DNA from: Daphnia carinata
Lineage: Eukaryota
Assembly: GCF_022539665.2 (NCBI RefSeq)
Contig: NC_081331.1
Location: 4,216,001 to 4,280,000 of the forward strand
Reading direction: 5' to 3'
Length of the DNA: 64,000 bases
Under the pieces are notes generated by a model, which was given only the letters and a program-made list of their open reading frames with translations, did not search any database and had not been told where the DNA came from. Shown here piece by piece: positions 1-14,608 of this stretch (positions are counted from its first letter, which is position 1; every line of letters starts with the position of its first letter). The translations under genes were made by a program, and so were the position numbers.

Positions 1-2824
1 TCTGTTTATTTTATTCGTTTTTTCAAAAATGTCTACTAGGGGGCCAGTAAAGAAAACATTGCCGAGTTTGCTAATTAAATCCATTATCGCCAAAATCTGC
101 CAAAATTACAAATACAGAAAACTATTTATTCTGTTCAACCTTAAAAATATCTAGATATTGCCATGAAATAGTGGATAATAAAAGTATGGTTTGCTGGTAT
201 ATTAGAAAAAATGTTAAATCTATTATTTAGAGTCACTGCTCACTGGGTCATTAAGTCTTCAATTTTTTATGAGCATGGAGAGTTGTAAACTTTCGGGCAT
301 TTGGTTCGTCGTGACTGTTACCTGATCTGAGTAGAAAACCTTATTCTAGCGATATAAATTATTGTTAAGAATAGACAATTATTGCAAAAATCATTTGCAC
401 CCTTTTTCTTTTCTATTCACGTCATATAAAATGGTCTAGGGTAAGGAAAAATAATTCAATTGTTTTCGAAATTGTCGTAATTCACACTGTGAGGCGGAGA
501 GGCATCATGCGGCCTTGTGGAGTAGAATCCTTAGGAAGACCGAAAAATTGCGAGGACTAGACGGAGGACTAATTTTGGTATAAAATTGTTGTAAACAATA
601 CCTTTCGTCCAACAGGATGGAACTCGAAATCTTTCGACGGGGCTTCTCCAGTCAGTCTTGTCCCAACTGCCTAATGAAAAGCGATTGTCAATCATAGCCA
701 CTGTGTAAATCTTCTGCGATAAGATTGTACTTCATCGTAAGGTATAAGCTGTTTCTGGAAGCAAACGTACACTTTACCCAGAAATCGTTGTTTTATCAGA
801 GGAAAGCTTTTGGGATTGTTTCGACATTCCATATCGCTGTACGGCCTGCAGATAAATCACAAAAGGAAATCCCAACAACATACCCACAAAAGGCGGAAAA
901 GAAAAAGGTCGTTGCTTGGTTTGCATCGCGTTACACAACGAGAAAAATACGTAAAAATATTGCAAAAGTACATCCATGTCGACATGTTTGGAACACGTCA
1001 TTCGACGAAGTGTGGTTTAAAAACAGAAAAAAGGCGTCATTGTGGGGACATTATGTTACGATATGTTAAAAAATGATTTCAAGTTCTGCTATCTTGCTAG
1101 ACTTCACCTCACACATGGACGAGTTCCATTTCACATTGAAAATATGAGCTGTTCTCACTGAAATGAGTTAAACAGATTACGTTGTGATTGCCCGGGGAAT
1201 TCCCAAAGAAACAATCGAGTATACACTGTTACCCAACTCTAACGACACACTTCATTCGAAGTACTGTACAACGTTGACTGGGAAACAAGTTTTGTTGTCT
1301 AGAAACAAAAAATGGGTGGCCTACAATTCTATTCTACTTTTCAAAATTGAATCTGGATCGCCGAAACGAAATGACAGTTGATCTTTCATTGAAATGGAAC
1401 CCAACGAGTCCGGTCTGAGTTCATGCTGTACAAAAGCTTTCCACCTTGTTGACAGTCTAGTGAATGGCATCACAGTGCCTGATTTTTCTTGTACACATAA
1501 TCGAATAAAACAAGTTCAGCATGGTCCAACTGGATTAAAAGTTTTCTTTCTCGCTGGCTATTGTCCTACAGCACCATGCAGATATTACAGCGTTATGTTT
1601 TTTTCTGAAGAAAATCATTTGCATTGAACTATGGTTGGAATGAAAGAGCGAAACCGAAAGGTCTGACTTTAAATGGGTCGAACTTAATATAGATCCGAAG
1701 ACTAGACCAGGTGAACAACGCAAAGAATTGCAATGCTATTTTCTTGTTCTAAAATTAACTGAAGTACCTCGTCGTTTCACAGTCTCAAGACCTTTTAAAA
1801 ACTAACCGAGTAATTTTTTTTTTAAAGCCTCAATGGCTATTTTTGAAAAATTTCTTAAAATGGAATGCAAAGGAGTTTGAATTATGATGGATATTGCCAC
1901 GGAGCTAAATGGCGAACCAGTCATGTCAAAATGACAATTCACGGTTGAACGTTGAATATTTATTTTCCAAAGTGTGACGGGAAAAGGTGGGAACAGCAGA
2001 CAAGGAGCAGTACTATATATTATTAGTATTAGAAGAGAGAGGCTTTTTCCTTCAGCTTTTAAAAATAAAAAATATAACAATAAATCTTATCTGAATATGG
2101 GTAGAGAATCGACAAAAGGGAACTCATGAGTGCCACCAAAGCAGGATGAGAAGCGCGTATAACTTTCTGGCTGAAATTCTGTATCGAGTAAGAGACTGAC
2201 GACATGCCGGGACAGCGAAACACTACAACAGCTCTTCTCACACTGAGATTCGAGAGATTGACAAAATTAGCGTGTCAACAAACCACACACTGGTTTACAA
2301 GACAATAAAATGATGTTTTGAAGACTTGTTGAGAGAATCGGTTTCAAGACAACACAAAAAGAAGTTATAAGAGGAGATTATAGGTGAGCAAACTCAAATT
2401 CTAGCCAAGGGCATTTCGCTAGTTCAGTATCTTTCTTTTAGCCCTTGAAATCCCAACATATAGTCTTTTACAAACATTTGACGGCTTCCGAATTTCAAAA
2501 TCCCTAGGTGATGGATAAGAAAGAAATTTGCTATGGAGCACACAACAAGTGCGATCGCCCGATGTAAATGATGGTTATGGTTGTTCATCTACAGGCCAAG
2601 GTATATTATAGGGGAAAGGAAGAAAGGAAAATGTATGACCAGTTATTTCTCTTCTCGCAAATAAGGTCTAAAGAGAGAAAGCAGCCACAACCAAATTTAG
2701 AGAAAAGAGAAAATAACTAGTAAAGGTTTCTTCTCATCAAGTCTACCGAGTCCCGACTGACCACAAGCACACCGAGGCCGAGGCATTAAAAAAAACACAA
2801 GCCTCGCTATTCTAAGTTTCCAAT

Positions 2825-5800
2825 TTATTGGCTTTTAACCTTCTTGCCGATGGGCAACACGGCCTGAACCCTTTAAAAAATAATAACAAAAATTATAAGA
2901 TAGCGTTCTTAACAACAAAGACACTTCGCGAATTGAACTCACTTGTCAACAATTTCGTTGATTTTGCCTTTCACGAGATCAACATTCTGATCGATTTTTT
3001 CCTGGTGTGTTTCGTACACCTTGGGGAACGTAAAAAGACCAATCACACCTGGATTTCAAACGGCTATGTTAATAGGCTGATGAACTGCGAGACAAAAGGA
3101 CTAGTTTACCCAAGATGACCAATGTCAGACCATTGAACATGGAACCAACATAGGTGAGAGCCCACAAGACGAGTGCGAACTTGACAGAATCCACCAAATC
3201 TTCAACTAGGAACAATCGGCGCAGTTCGACTAAAGTAGCATTCAATTTTGCTGCAGTCAAATCAGCTACTTCATGCACCTTTTCCGTTGTAACAGTAACA
3301 TCTTGTTCCAAATATTCCCTGTAAATACAAGAAAGCACCATCAGTTTCTCAATCAGACTTTCATTAATTTACGGTTAAACTTACTTGAATGGGTGTCCGT
3401 CTTGAGTCTTTTGAACGGCTTGCAGCACATTCTTGTAGAGACGGAAAGAGAGGGTGCCAGTCAAGACAGCCAAAGCAGAATAGGAAATGACGGATACGAC
3501 CGAGACCACCGACAGCGAAAGGAGGATGGCGAGCACAGCACCAAGAACAATGCCGCTTTTACGCGGGTCGCGCCAGTACACCAAGTCCACAACTGCGGTA
3601 AAAAAATGTGGCGTAAGCCAATTCGATTAGTAATCGACCAATACTGAACGGAATCGATTAATAGAGCTTGCCACGTAGACGCATACTATCACCATAAATG
3701 CGATGCTAAGTGCTAATGAGTTAAATTTAAACAAAAAAAGGTTGAACCACAGATACATACAAAAAACGAGGACAGTAAAGAGACGTTATACTTGATAAAA
3801 AGCCATAGCGATTCTTACCAGGACCCTGAGATTCGTAAACTTCCTCAGTTGTATTAATTTCACGATTACGACGACCCATTTTTTTAGACAAAAAATTTAA
3901 AACCCCGCAAGGATGACTGAAGACGAAAAAGTAGGGAGAAAAGAGATGAGCAAATGAGGTCAATCGGCACAAGGCCTGAGCACCTGCACTACCAGCTGTT
4001 ACACAACACAAAGGAAACACAGTAGGAAATAGAAGACACAAAGAGCGATGGTTTTACTAGCTGATTGGCAATAGCACCGGTCGCAATTCGGTCTTTGAAC
4101 AGCGAAACGAATCAGTGAATTCGAAATACGGATATCAGTTTCCAGAACTGCCGAAAAATGAAGCGACGAAAACCACGGGCTTGTAACAAGCCACGTTGAC
4201 AGCAGCTTCCTTCAACAGACTGAACTACCGCTCAGGTACAAAAGGGAAGGAGAGGAAGAATTGACTTGGTTAAATAGCAGTAAAGAGAAACTTTGAAGCC
4301 TAGAGCTATGTTCGTTCGTCTGAAGACAGGTGGCGTTGAACCTAACCTGCCAACAAGCCTTAATGCACGTGAATAAAACCTGGTGGAAAAAAAATGAAAG
4401 ATACAAAACAAAAAAAAAAATCGATGGCATTAACTTCACTAACGAAGTGGATTGGCTAAGACAGACGAATTGGGCACAGTACAGGTTTCCGACGACGAGA
4501 GGGGAGATCGATTCGGAAAGTGAAACGACTAAAACATAATTCAATTTAAATATCTGAAATCCAACAACTGTATCTACCCTGACCAACCAGAACGCTGATC
4601 AACGTTGGAATAAGAGAAAGTCATGAACTATCGACGACAACGACGAATGGCTTTCGCCATAAATTATGCTTTACTGGCGCTATATGATCTGGCTCGGCAA
4701 CAGCAAGATCAAGGACATACAGTCAAGATCAAACACAAGAGCAATGACACATGCCGGTACTTTCAATTCAATCCAAAGAAAAGAAAGGATCAGCATTTTT
4801 CTAGAGCAACATCAGCTGTTTGATATCCCTAAAGAATTATCTAGACAGGCGAGTTAATTCGATTAAGATGTATGACAATGAAACGAGAAAAATAGTATAG
4901 TTGCATAAAGTCAACTTCTTTTTGCTTTTTTTTTGTTTGAATCAATCACGGTGCTAGAGCAGGGCAACAGAAATAGCTCGAGCTTGAGTCCTATGTGTAG
5001 AGCTGGTGCATTATTGGCTCATATGACGTCGCTCCTGCGATCCAACAAGTAAAGAAGAATTTTACCTCCCACCCATTCTATTTCCGACCTCCATCAAACT
5101 GGGTACTCAAGTAGCTATCTGAATAAATTAAAACAAGTCAAATATTAGATAAAAGAAACGACAGTAGCTCTCCCGGAAGCAGGGTTATACTGATTATTTA
5201 TCAAGGTTAAAGAAAAAGTCCAAATGTGTGGAATCAGGAATCGACTTTCGCAGGCATCGACACAAACACGTAACCACTATTCGGTACGATAAAGGGTAAT
5301 TCGAGAAACACTCACCCTGTTCGTTGGAAAACAGAGCCATTTTGTTGAAACCCACACTCTGTACAGCACTCATAACACTGTGACACGGAAGAGGAGATTA
5401 GACAACAAGAATCAACCAGTTATTTTAAAAAATGCTTTCGTAGCCTCACAAGAGATCAAATATGATGACCGGACACGACTGGGTGTCTCCGTCTTCCAAA
5501 CGATCCTGCTCGAATCCCGAACTCGAATCAACGAGAGTACAGCAGGAACAATAATACTCGCTAGGTATATGTTTCAACGGCTGCTTTTGGCGCTAGCATC
5601 GAGCCTCCGCATCACGACTCTTTTGGCGCTAGTGTCGCACGTCGATAAAGCCCGAATGCGGTGCGCGCGGGAAAAAAAACGCTCAGTCAGGGACGGAATA
5701 GGATTGGACAGGACAAGGCAGGAAGACACAAAAGAAAAGAGGAAGAGACATGCAAAAAGAATAACACGCCCTCTTTCATTCGTTTTTTCATACTACTCAT

Positions 5801-7380
5801 TGCTCACGCACTGATGACACCGGGCGGGGTTCGATTTCACTAGGAGCGCGGTTTTTCCTACCCCCAATATTTCGCGAGCGAATAACTTTTCTAAATAGAG
5901 CAGTTATTACTACACCTGATCTCTCTTTTGCGGAGGAAGCGGACACTGGTTATGGCAGTAGGCAAGTAGTTCTTGCACCACAAAAATTCAGCAGAAATAG
6001 AAACTACTTTCCAACCTCTTGTACGCACAGGTGGTGAGAAAGTACAGCCAGGTTGTTCATCTCTATTCGCCCACCATTTCGCAATAGAAAACCATTGCAA
6101 CAAAAAAAAAAAACGGGAAAAGAAAGATGTTTTGCAATACACCCTATGTGATATGGCCCAACTGCTGAGAAAGATATAGACTGTGTAGGATTCCGTTAAT
6201 CATTCACCCCCGCAATAACTTTTACAGCCCTTACTTCTCGTCTAACAGTGATCAGAAAGGAGGAGTGGGAAAGCGGAAAGACGTTTTCCAATATTTGAAT
6301 GGAACACATATACAAAATTAAGTTCTTGGCATACAACTTGCAAGTGCCCTGTCTTTGTGCTTCGTCTTATCAATTGTTAATAAACATCAATAGCTAGCAT
6401 TAAAGTGGATGAAAACTCGTGTGGCTTACCATAAGTATTAAGGCGTGAGAGATCAAACCATCGACCTGTGGGAAGTCCAAAAGCCATGCAGCGTGCGTGA
6501 TAATTTGAATAAAGAGAGATGGCGAGTGTGTTAAAAGCATTTTGTTTTCCTGTTGGCACTCCTAGAAAAATAAATGAATGGGGCACTTACCGAGAAAGCT
6601 ACGCCCTTCTGACTTCATGCTTTTGACGGAACGCGTTTTGAGGGGCTCGGCTCCGGTTGGAGTAGGTTCGGCCGAAGAATCACGGTCGACCAAAGATGCT
6701 GATTCGGTGTGATGAGACTTAGATTCTGGTTGACTAGTGGATGAAGTAGAAACCAACTTTTCCTCAGTAGGGACTGATTCGGGTGACTTATTAGAAATCT
6801 TCTCCTGCTTGGGTTCCTCAATAGGGGCTACCGACGACGAGGTCTGACTTTGAGACGGTGTGGGAATTTCTTCCTGTTTAGAAGGAACTGCTTCGGGCGA
6901 AGCTTCCTGTGGTTTCCGGTGACTGACTTCTTGCTCTGGTTCTACAACTTCTTCTTCAACATCTTCATGAGAATATTCTTCTTGTTTAACATCAGGATGA
7001 AACTTTTCTGCTTCATGAATTGCTTCATCTTGGAAATGTGCTGGAGAAAACTTCATTGTTGATTCAGACTCACTTTTCTGATTCTCAGACGGAATTTCTG
7101 GAAGTTTCTTTTCAAAGTTAAAATCTTCTTCCTTATCTTCAGGCAAAGTTTCATCTTGTTTCAGGCTGAAGTCTTCATGTGGAATGTTTCCATTTTGTGC
7201 ACCAGACTGCTCAGCTTGATCAAGTCGGCTTGGAATGTGAGCTTCGTGGTCATCATGGTCTGAATCTGGATTTGTTTCTTCTTTAGTGTGGCTCTTATTT
7301 TTTACATCTTCTTCGTGCCGGCTTTGTTCATTTTCAGCTTGGAATTTATCAGAAGGATTGCTAGTTTCATATTGATCCAT
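2825..7380 (-). CDS. Rtnl1: Reticulon (Rtnl1/RTN-like), long isoform. Coding exons 7380-6591, 3592-3385, 3318-3110, 3048-2943, 2870-2825
   Basis: Reticulon homology domain (VDLVYWRDPRKSGIV...QAVQKTQDGHPFK...LFLVEDLVDSVKFAL...PKVYETHQEKID) with GT-AG introns in consistent phase. The acidic 263-codon N-terminal exon ends in a phase-1 GTAAGT donor matching the phase-1 acceptor at 3592. Confidence 0.92.
3819..3879 (-). CDS. Rtnl1: Reticulon alternative first coding exon (MGRRNREINTTEEVYESQGP-V)
   Basis: AAAATG start; 61 nt ending in a phase-1 GTAAGA donor, in frame with the exon at 3592. Confidence 0.75.
5316..5340 (-). CDS. Rtnl1: Reticulon alternative first coding exon (MALFSNEQ-V)
   Basis: ATG preceded by AAA; 25 nt ending in a phase-1 GTGAGT donor, in frame with the common exon at 3592. 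Confidence 0.7.
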
Positions 7381-8272
7381 ATTGGCTACCTGTTTTTGTT
7401 CTTGTTGCCTATTTAAAAGGACGGAATTTCACGACGTGGCCGTAATATCTTTAAAATCTGTGAAACAGAAGGGAAAAATTAATTATTATAGTTTGGAAAT
7501 AAAAAGGATGACGATTGGATTACGTCTTCACTTGGAAGGTACCACAATTCAACTGAAGAGAAGGTAGCTTACATGCCGAACGTAAGTAAAAAAAATTCGA
7601 AAAATAAAATAGAAAGCTCACTATTTGGTTAAGACGAAAGCCTGTCTGTGTTTCGGGAAACGTCAAACCGGCGTGACCGAAAAGAAGTGTGTGCGTTATG
7701 GTAGGTATAACTGCGTTTGCTGCTGAGGGATACTCAGGGAGGGACTCGACTCGACTGTTCGTAAGGCAAAAACGAAGAGCAGAGGAAAGTTTAAAAAAGA
7801 ACTACTAAACAGCAGACCATTGACGGAACGTCATGAGATCGATAATATTAAGCCCAGCCCCTTTTGCCTTTTGGTTACGAAACCACAATGTTATATCAAC
7901 TGAAACAATATTTATCTTTGTTTGACTATTGTTATACGTATATCTAAGATGAACAGAATTTTTTTTACTAAAACCCAGACGGGAACAAAATGGGTGAGTC
8001 ATTATTTATTGGGTCGGATACTCGGCTTTGGACGTGACGCAGGCGCAGTGCATATCAGCCATTTCGTTGCCTAATAGGCCCTAGCCGGCTATCCTCTTTT
8101 CTTCAAAAGTTTCACGTAACTCGTAAGGTGGAGTCGTCATCGCTGGGCCGTCTCACACAGCAGACAGTGTAGTTGGTGGGGATAGGGCGTTGTACTTTTT
8201 TTAATTTTTTTTTTTGAAATTTCCTTCCTCCAATTAGTGTTTATATTTGGTGAAGTTTATTAATATTCCATA

Positions 8273-10687
8273 ATGGCGATTACCAGTACATGCAATTGCA
8301 AACTGGCACCCGGACAAAATGGAAAATCGAAGCATGCCTATTGCCCAACCGAGAATCATTTTACTGATAAGGTAATGACGTATTTCTTTACCATTGCTTG
8401 GAGTACAGGTGTCCTGGTTTTGTAGACGGAGACAAGTTCCATTCGATTGTTCTGGATCGTGCCAGATTCGATAATATTTTTGTCTCTACTATTAATGGTT
8501 CTGTAATTTTATTGTTTTCTTTTATGCAGCAATCATTCCAAGAAGGCTATGAAGGAATTGGGAAACCAAGAAACAGAAATGGCATTGAATCTTTTGAAGA
8601 GGTTCCTATGTCAGTTGCTTTACTGACTTACATGGGATGGGGGATTATTATTCTTATTGGATATGTCAAAGAATTTCTACTTAGTTTTGTGCCTAGTCAA
8701 AATCCTGAAAAGAATCGTGAGGTATAACCATTGGCACATAGCTGTTTCAAAAGCTTGTGTAACACTTTGTTTATCAGGGCTTTGCTCCCCTATATTCAAG
8801 TTTTGAATCTTTTTACACACGCAATGTCTATCGCCCCATTCGTGATTGCTGGAACAGGCCCATTTGTTCTGTACCAGGGGCAGAGCTTGTTCTTAAAGAT
8901 CGTGTTACCCATGATAATGGCTGGACGTTCAGGTAAGCATCTCATGACGTGCTGTAAAAATCCCGAAATATTCACGCATATTCCACTTTGTGATAAAATG
9001 TTACAGCTTCACAAACACATTCACCAAATGTCTTAATATGGGGTCTTACAATTATCTGGGATTCGCTGAATGTGAAGGCCCTTGTGCAACTGCTGCCCAA
9101 AAAACTACCTACAGTTTAGGTTTGGGAGTTTGCAGTCCAAGACAGGAGCTCGGTATTATTTCCACAAAACCGATTGGGTATACAGATTAGCTATATATTC
9201 ATGCTTATCCTCTTTACAGGAACCATGGCCATTCATAAAGAATTGGAAACGTTAGTAGCAAGATTCGTGGGAGCTGAGGACGCTATAACTTTTGGAATGG
9301 GTTTTGCCACCAATGCCCTGAATCTACCAAGTCTAGTTTCCAAAGGTTGCCTTGTTATCAGTGATGAAAACAACCACGCTTCACTCATTCTTGGCCTTCG
9401 ATTATCTGGAGCCACTATTCGTGTTTTTAAACACAACAGTAAGTTAAAGAAATTTTTTAAAAATAGTTAGAATGGCTAATTTATTCTTTATAAACTCTTA
9501 GATATGAAGAGTTTAGAGGCAAAGCTCCGCGAAGCAGTTGTTCAAGGACAACCGCGCACTTACCGGCCATGGCGTAAAATTTTGATTGTTGTCGAAGGCG
9601 TTTATTCAATGGAAGGTTCTATCGTTAATCTCCCAGAGATAATTGCTTTGAAGAAAAAGTATAAGGTAGGCTTTGAGCTATTGAATATGGTAGCGGGTAT
9701 ATAAATGAGCTTGGCTTTCGGTTACAGGCTTATCTATACTTGGATGAGGCTCATAGCATTGGGGCGCTTGGACCACGAGGGCGTGGCGCAGTAGATTACT
9801 TTGGGTGTGATCCAAAAGACGTCGATGTATTGATGGGCACGTTCACTAAAAGTTTTGGATCCGCTGGGGGTTACATTGCTGGATCGAAGGTAAGATGCAA
9901 AAAAAACAAACATGGGATTTCACAGCTTGCCATTAAAATAACTGATTTACTGCACGCAGAAACTGATTAATCATCTTAGAATTAACAGCCACGCAAATTG
10001 CTATGCTACGGCAATGTCACCGCCTGTCGCACAACAAATTATCTCATCAATGCGCATTATTATGGGGGAAGACGGGACCGACGAAGGCAAGCATTTCTTA
10101 AAGATTTTCTCCTTCCGTTATGTAACGGTACTATTTGCAATTTGTAGGACAACGCCGGTTGGTACAGTTGTCCCGCAATAGTCGTTATTTCCGGCAAAAG
10201 CTACGCCAACTTGGTTTAATTGTATATGGTAACGATGACTCGCCTGTCGTCCCAGTGTTACTTTTCATGCCAGCTAAAATTGCGTAAGTTTGTTATTTTT
10301 TTATTTTTTATATTTCTAATGTAAAATCTTTTGGTTGCATTGGCTTATCTCTTAATTGTTCGCCAAAGTGCCACATCCCGAGAACTTATCAAGCGCGGCG
10401 TTGCCTCTGTTAGCGTTGGGTTTCCTGCCACTAGGATCACCGAGAGCCGTTCCCGGTTCTGTATCTCTGCCTCACATACTAAAGAAATGCTAGACAAGGT
10501 ACATATACCCTCAGATTTTCAGTGTATGATGAATTGTTTTCAATCAAGTGGTCCGATTTAACAGGCTATTGAAGCTATGGACGAAGTCGCAGATCTATTA
10601 CGCCTTAAGTATTCCCGCTTACCACGCCCCATCGGACCTGTAATTTACGGCGAAGATAAAAAACCTCAACAGGACCAAGTCGATTAA
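8273..10687 (+). CDS. SPTLC2: Serine palmitoyltransferase long-chain base subunit 2 (LCB2/lace), multi-exon
   Basis: Motifs [49 protein letters not shown] and the PLP-lysine motif GTFTKSFG. One GC-AG intron at 10087-10147. Confidence 0.95.
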
Positions 10688-11269
10688 GTTGGAACAAAAT
10701 TGTTAAAACTGAAGCAAAAAAAAATCATCCCTGCCGTCAGGAAGAGAAATCTTTCAAGTCCGTTTATTGTATTTTTCAGTCTTTTTATATGTAAATTTAT
10801 TAAAATAGCCTATTGTTGATGTCAGTCTTCTACGTGGATGACCTTTCGATCAACGAAAACCATTGCAACTCAATCAAATACAGAACACAATCCAAGTAGT
10901 AACTATTGTCCTCGGCAAGGCACACAGTAAAGTTGCAATACTGTGTGCGCGAGGTCAAATTAATTTTTGTTGCATTACTTCTGTTGAATAATGTATCTCT
11001 GCGTCTTATCTCTGCCCCTTTGCTGCCTTGTTGTTGCCCCCATGGTTCGTTGACAAAAATAATTCACTACCAACCAATAAGCAAGAAGACTTGTGTGAAC
11101 TAATTTATTAGGTCTTTGTATCATTGTTGGTCCGTTTACAATTTCCTTATCCGTTCAAGTCACACACATAGTGCCTGCTTGTTCTGCCTGCTTTTGCGTC
11201 TCAATATAACCATATGTGTAGTTTGTTTTCATGAATTCTTACAAAAATACACAACTACCATCGTCAAAT

Positions 11270-14200
11270 TCAAACGCCTTGTGCACGTAGTTGAATTTTC
11301 TTTTGCATATCTTCGCTCTGAAGTTGTTCCAAAGTTAATAAAGAAATTCCAAGCTGGTCCTCACGCGAAAAAGGCTGCGCCATTTGCCGAAGCCATCGTT
11401 TGCAAATCTAAAATAATATTCCTTTGAACACAAAACGTACTAGTTAACCAGTTGGAGTGGAAATGACCTGAACGCATTCTTCAGTTGACAAATTACAGAG
11501 CGTATCCTTTAAATGTTCCTGAATCCATTTCGGTAATTTGCTACGCTTGTCCGCCCGGGAGAATCGCTAGAAAATCGAATTTTTACGAATAACGTTCGAT
11601 TGACCTATGTACAGCTTTCAGCATTGATCTTACTTTGTCAGCTAATACCATGATACCATAGTCCGTTTTACCACGCATGCACCGACCAAGGCATTGGGCG
11701 GCGTGACGCATAGCGTCGAAAGTTAGAAAATCGTTTTCCCTGATCTATCATAAAAAGGAGAAAGAAACGTAAAAGCTTAACAAAGCCTTTGAACCAGGAG
11801 AAGCAATTTAAAACGTTTTACCTGAAACTGATCCCTTAGGTATTCCAGACGTGCTCTTAGAATCCGTGATTGGGTGTAGACGTATGGGATCCCGAACATC
11901 AGTACAGCGCTAGAAAACGATCAATAGGAAGTATTTGATAAAAAGAGGAAAAAACGAACAGTTTTCCAACATTTACACACCGTCCAAGATGATGATCAAA
12001 ATCGATTCCTTCGGAAACTTTGCCCCTAGCAACGGAAAGCAACACGGCGCCTCGCCCATTATCACAGGCCTTAAGGAACGGAAAGTAAACGTAACAAACC
12101 AAAAGATGAAAGTTAGCGAGATCGATTTCTTAATATTCTAGAAAACCATAATACTTTGATGTAGTTGATAAGAGCCAAGCTTGTTTCTGCGGCGTCTTGA
12201 GTTTCGATAAAGAGAAGCTTGTGTCTTTGTAACTGATCAATGATGCCTTGGTCATACCACGAAGACACAATTGTTTCAAGATAGAGGTAGCTGGTGAAGA
12301 AGCAAACGATACCATCAGGTACCGCAGCAGCTACTTCAACCAATAGGTTTCCATAGTTCCGGATAACAGCAGTATCTTCTCTGGTCTCGTAGCGAGACGA
12401 CATAGCGACCTGATCGTTGCCTTTCGATACGATCTAAATTTCAAGTGAAATCACTGTTAGTCAAACATCATAAAAGTAAATCAACTACCATTGGCAGAAT
12501 GCAAGGTCTCGCCAACGTCATAGTGAACGACGTCATAATGACGGGATGAAAGTCGAGGATTTTTGGATACATATCAAGCGGTGAAAGAGTTCCTGAGGTA
12601 ATTACGACAGTTTGAAAACGATTGAAAACTGGTTTGATGGCGATTGATGAATCTAAACAGCTGCAAGATTATCAAAGTCAACCTTTGCATTTCGGCTTGT
12701 TTTCCATGAGGTATGCGTTTATAATTACCTAAAGTATAAAATTGGGTTGGAAACAGTAGGGGCCCGATCTTCAAATGGCTCAATGATTATAGTGAATCTG
12801 CCATGAAAGTTCGATAGTAAACAAAAAATTTTACTTTTATGCCCATATTAAAGTAACAAACCCTTTTGTATATGTTGAGACCAATGTGGCAAAATGAGAA
12901 ACAGTCACCAGAGGTGAGAAATCCGTCAGATCCGAGATTTCTAACGTGCGAATAAGCGACGCTAGGCGCTCCGCAGTGAATCTTGCGAGTAACAATTAAC
13001 AAAGGTATAATATGTGTTTTGAAAGATGATTTGAATACCTTAAGGGTTTTCTATCGATGCACACTTTTGTGTGAATATCTCTTAGGAAACCTGCTGGGCT
13101 TTCTTGAACGACCTGCTGGACGCGGAGTCGAGTTTTAATGTACTCTACCACTCTTTTCAAGAATGCTACAAAATGTTCGGCCGTACGAATGGTACCCGGG
13201 ACGGCCTCTGTCATTGAAATACGTTGATAAAAAGTTATTCAGAATACTAGAATAAATATGATGTCAACCTTCTAAGACTTCTGAAGGTAATACTGGATTC
13301 ACTAAAGCCATATCAGTTTCTCTTGCAATAGTAGCGTCCCGTAAACCTTCAACTAATCTTTTATATTCTTTTTCCAACCTTTTACTGTCATTCTCCTTCA
13401 TGCTAAAAAAATATTAGAAATTAAAACATGAGCTTTAGGCATGTAAATATCATGAATTACTTTGAAATAGTAGTTTCGAGAATCGTAATACTGTTAGAGC
13501 ATTTGTCCAAAAGCCTTTTCGTAATTTTCACGCTCATTGAATCTATACAAACATTGTCTAATACATAAAACAAAAGTGAAAAAATAACACTTTGGTCAAA
13601 ATTCTAATTAATATACTGAAATTCCAATTAAAATACCGATGTTGTGGGCTTCATCGAAAACAACCACGCTGGTTTTGGAAATTTCCTTTGAAACCACTTC
13701 GGCAATTTTGGGATCCAGCAAATAGTGGTAACTGTACACCACTATATTGGCATGAGTAATCTTTAATTCCAGAAATTAGTTTGATTTGTCAATAATATTT
13801 AATATTATGTCCGAACTCACCGTGTGTCGAGCCAGAAAATAAGGGCACCATCGTTTCATCTGCCCATATTCTTTGAGGTCGTCCAGGTTGTATACGCCAG
13901 GAGGCAACGGAAATTCTTTTCCGTGGGCATCAAATCCTTCATAAAACTCGCAAATAGGAACGGCATCATCGGCTGCATGACGAGCTCTTACAAACGATGC
14001 CGTAAGACTATAACAGCGCCCATCTACCACTTTTCCTTCTCTCTCCTTGCTAACCTATTTTTTTTAAATCATGTCATGACTTACGGTCTTTTCAATGTAA
14101 AATTTTTTTACAATACTGAGGGATGAATGCAGAGGTTTTTTCGGGAACTTAGAGCCAAGCCAAGAATGTTTTGTTCCATGCCTAGTTCTTTCTCGTAGTA

Positions 14201-14608
14201 AGTCATTAACTTACGTAGCTCTTCCATAACTTTCTCAATTTCTGGAACAGTTCTTGAACAATAAACTAGTTTGGTCAAATCAAGAGGATGTGCCTTCATG
14301 TAGGCCACAATTAATGATAACAATGTAGTTGTCTTTCCAGTTCCAGAAGGCATTTCTAACAAACAGTGGCCCTAGAAAGATGCAATTAATCAGAATCAAG
14401 CCAATTGAAAACACAAAATTAATAATGTTACAGTATACTTTTGCATCCAGAGCACGTTTCAATTCAAGCATGTATGAAAACTGCTCTGGATATATGTAAT
14501 CATAGGGAAAGTACACGAGTAGTCCATCGACATTTAACCTGAGAGTAATTCAAATCATAATTTTTTCTTAATCTGAATTATCGTTTTCATAAACTAATAT
14601 TACTTCAT
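11270..14608 (-). CDS. ERCC2: TFIIH DNA helicase XPD, multi-exon
   Basis: [21 protein letters not shown], Walker [10 protein letters not shown], Fe-S cluster Cys region (SSRKNLC), DEAH box, [12 protein letters not shown] and C-terminal [14 protein letters not shown]. Confidence 0.97.

Noticed and set aside
1..1900. Short ORFs and intron-like gaps downstream of reticulon
   Set aside because: No continuous frame or recognisable domain. It could be a decayed gene, but that cannot be supported here.
2191..2239. CTGACGA...GAAA hammerhead-like core
   Set aside because: Stems II and III do not pair properly.
11502..11510. GTATCCTTT U12-like donor
   Set aside because: It lies antisense within an XPD coding exon.
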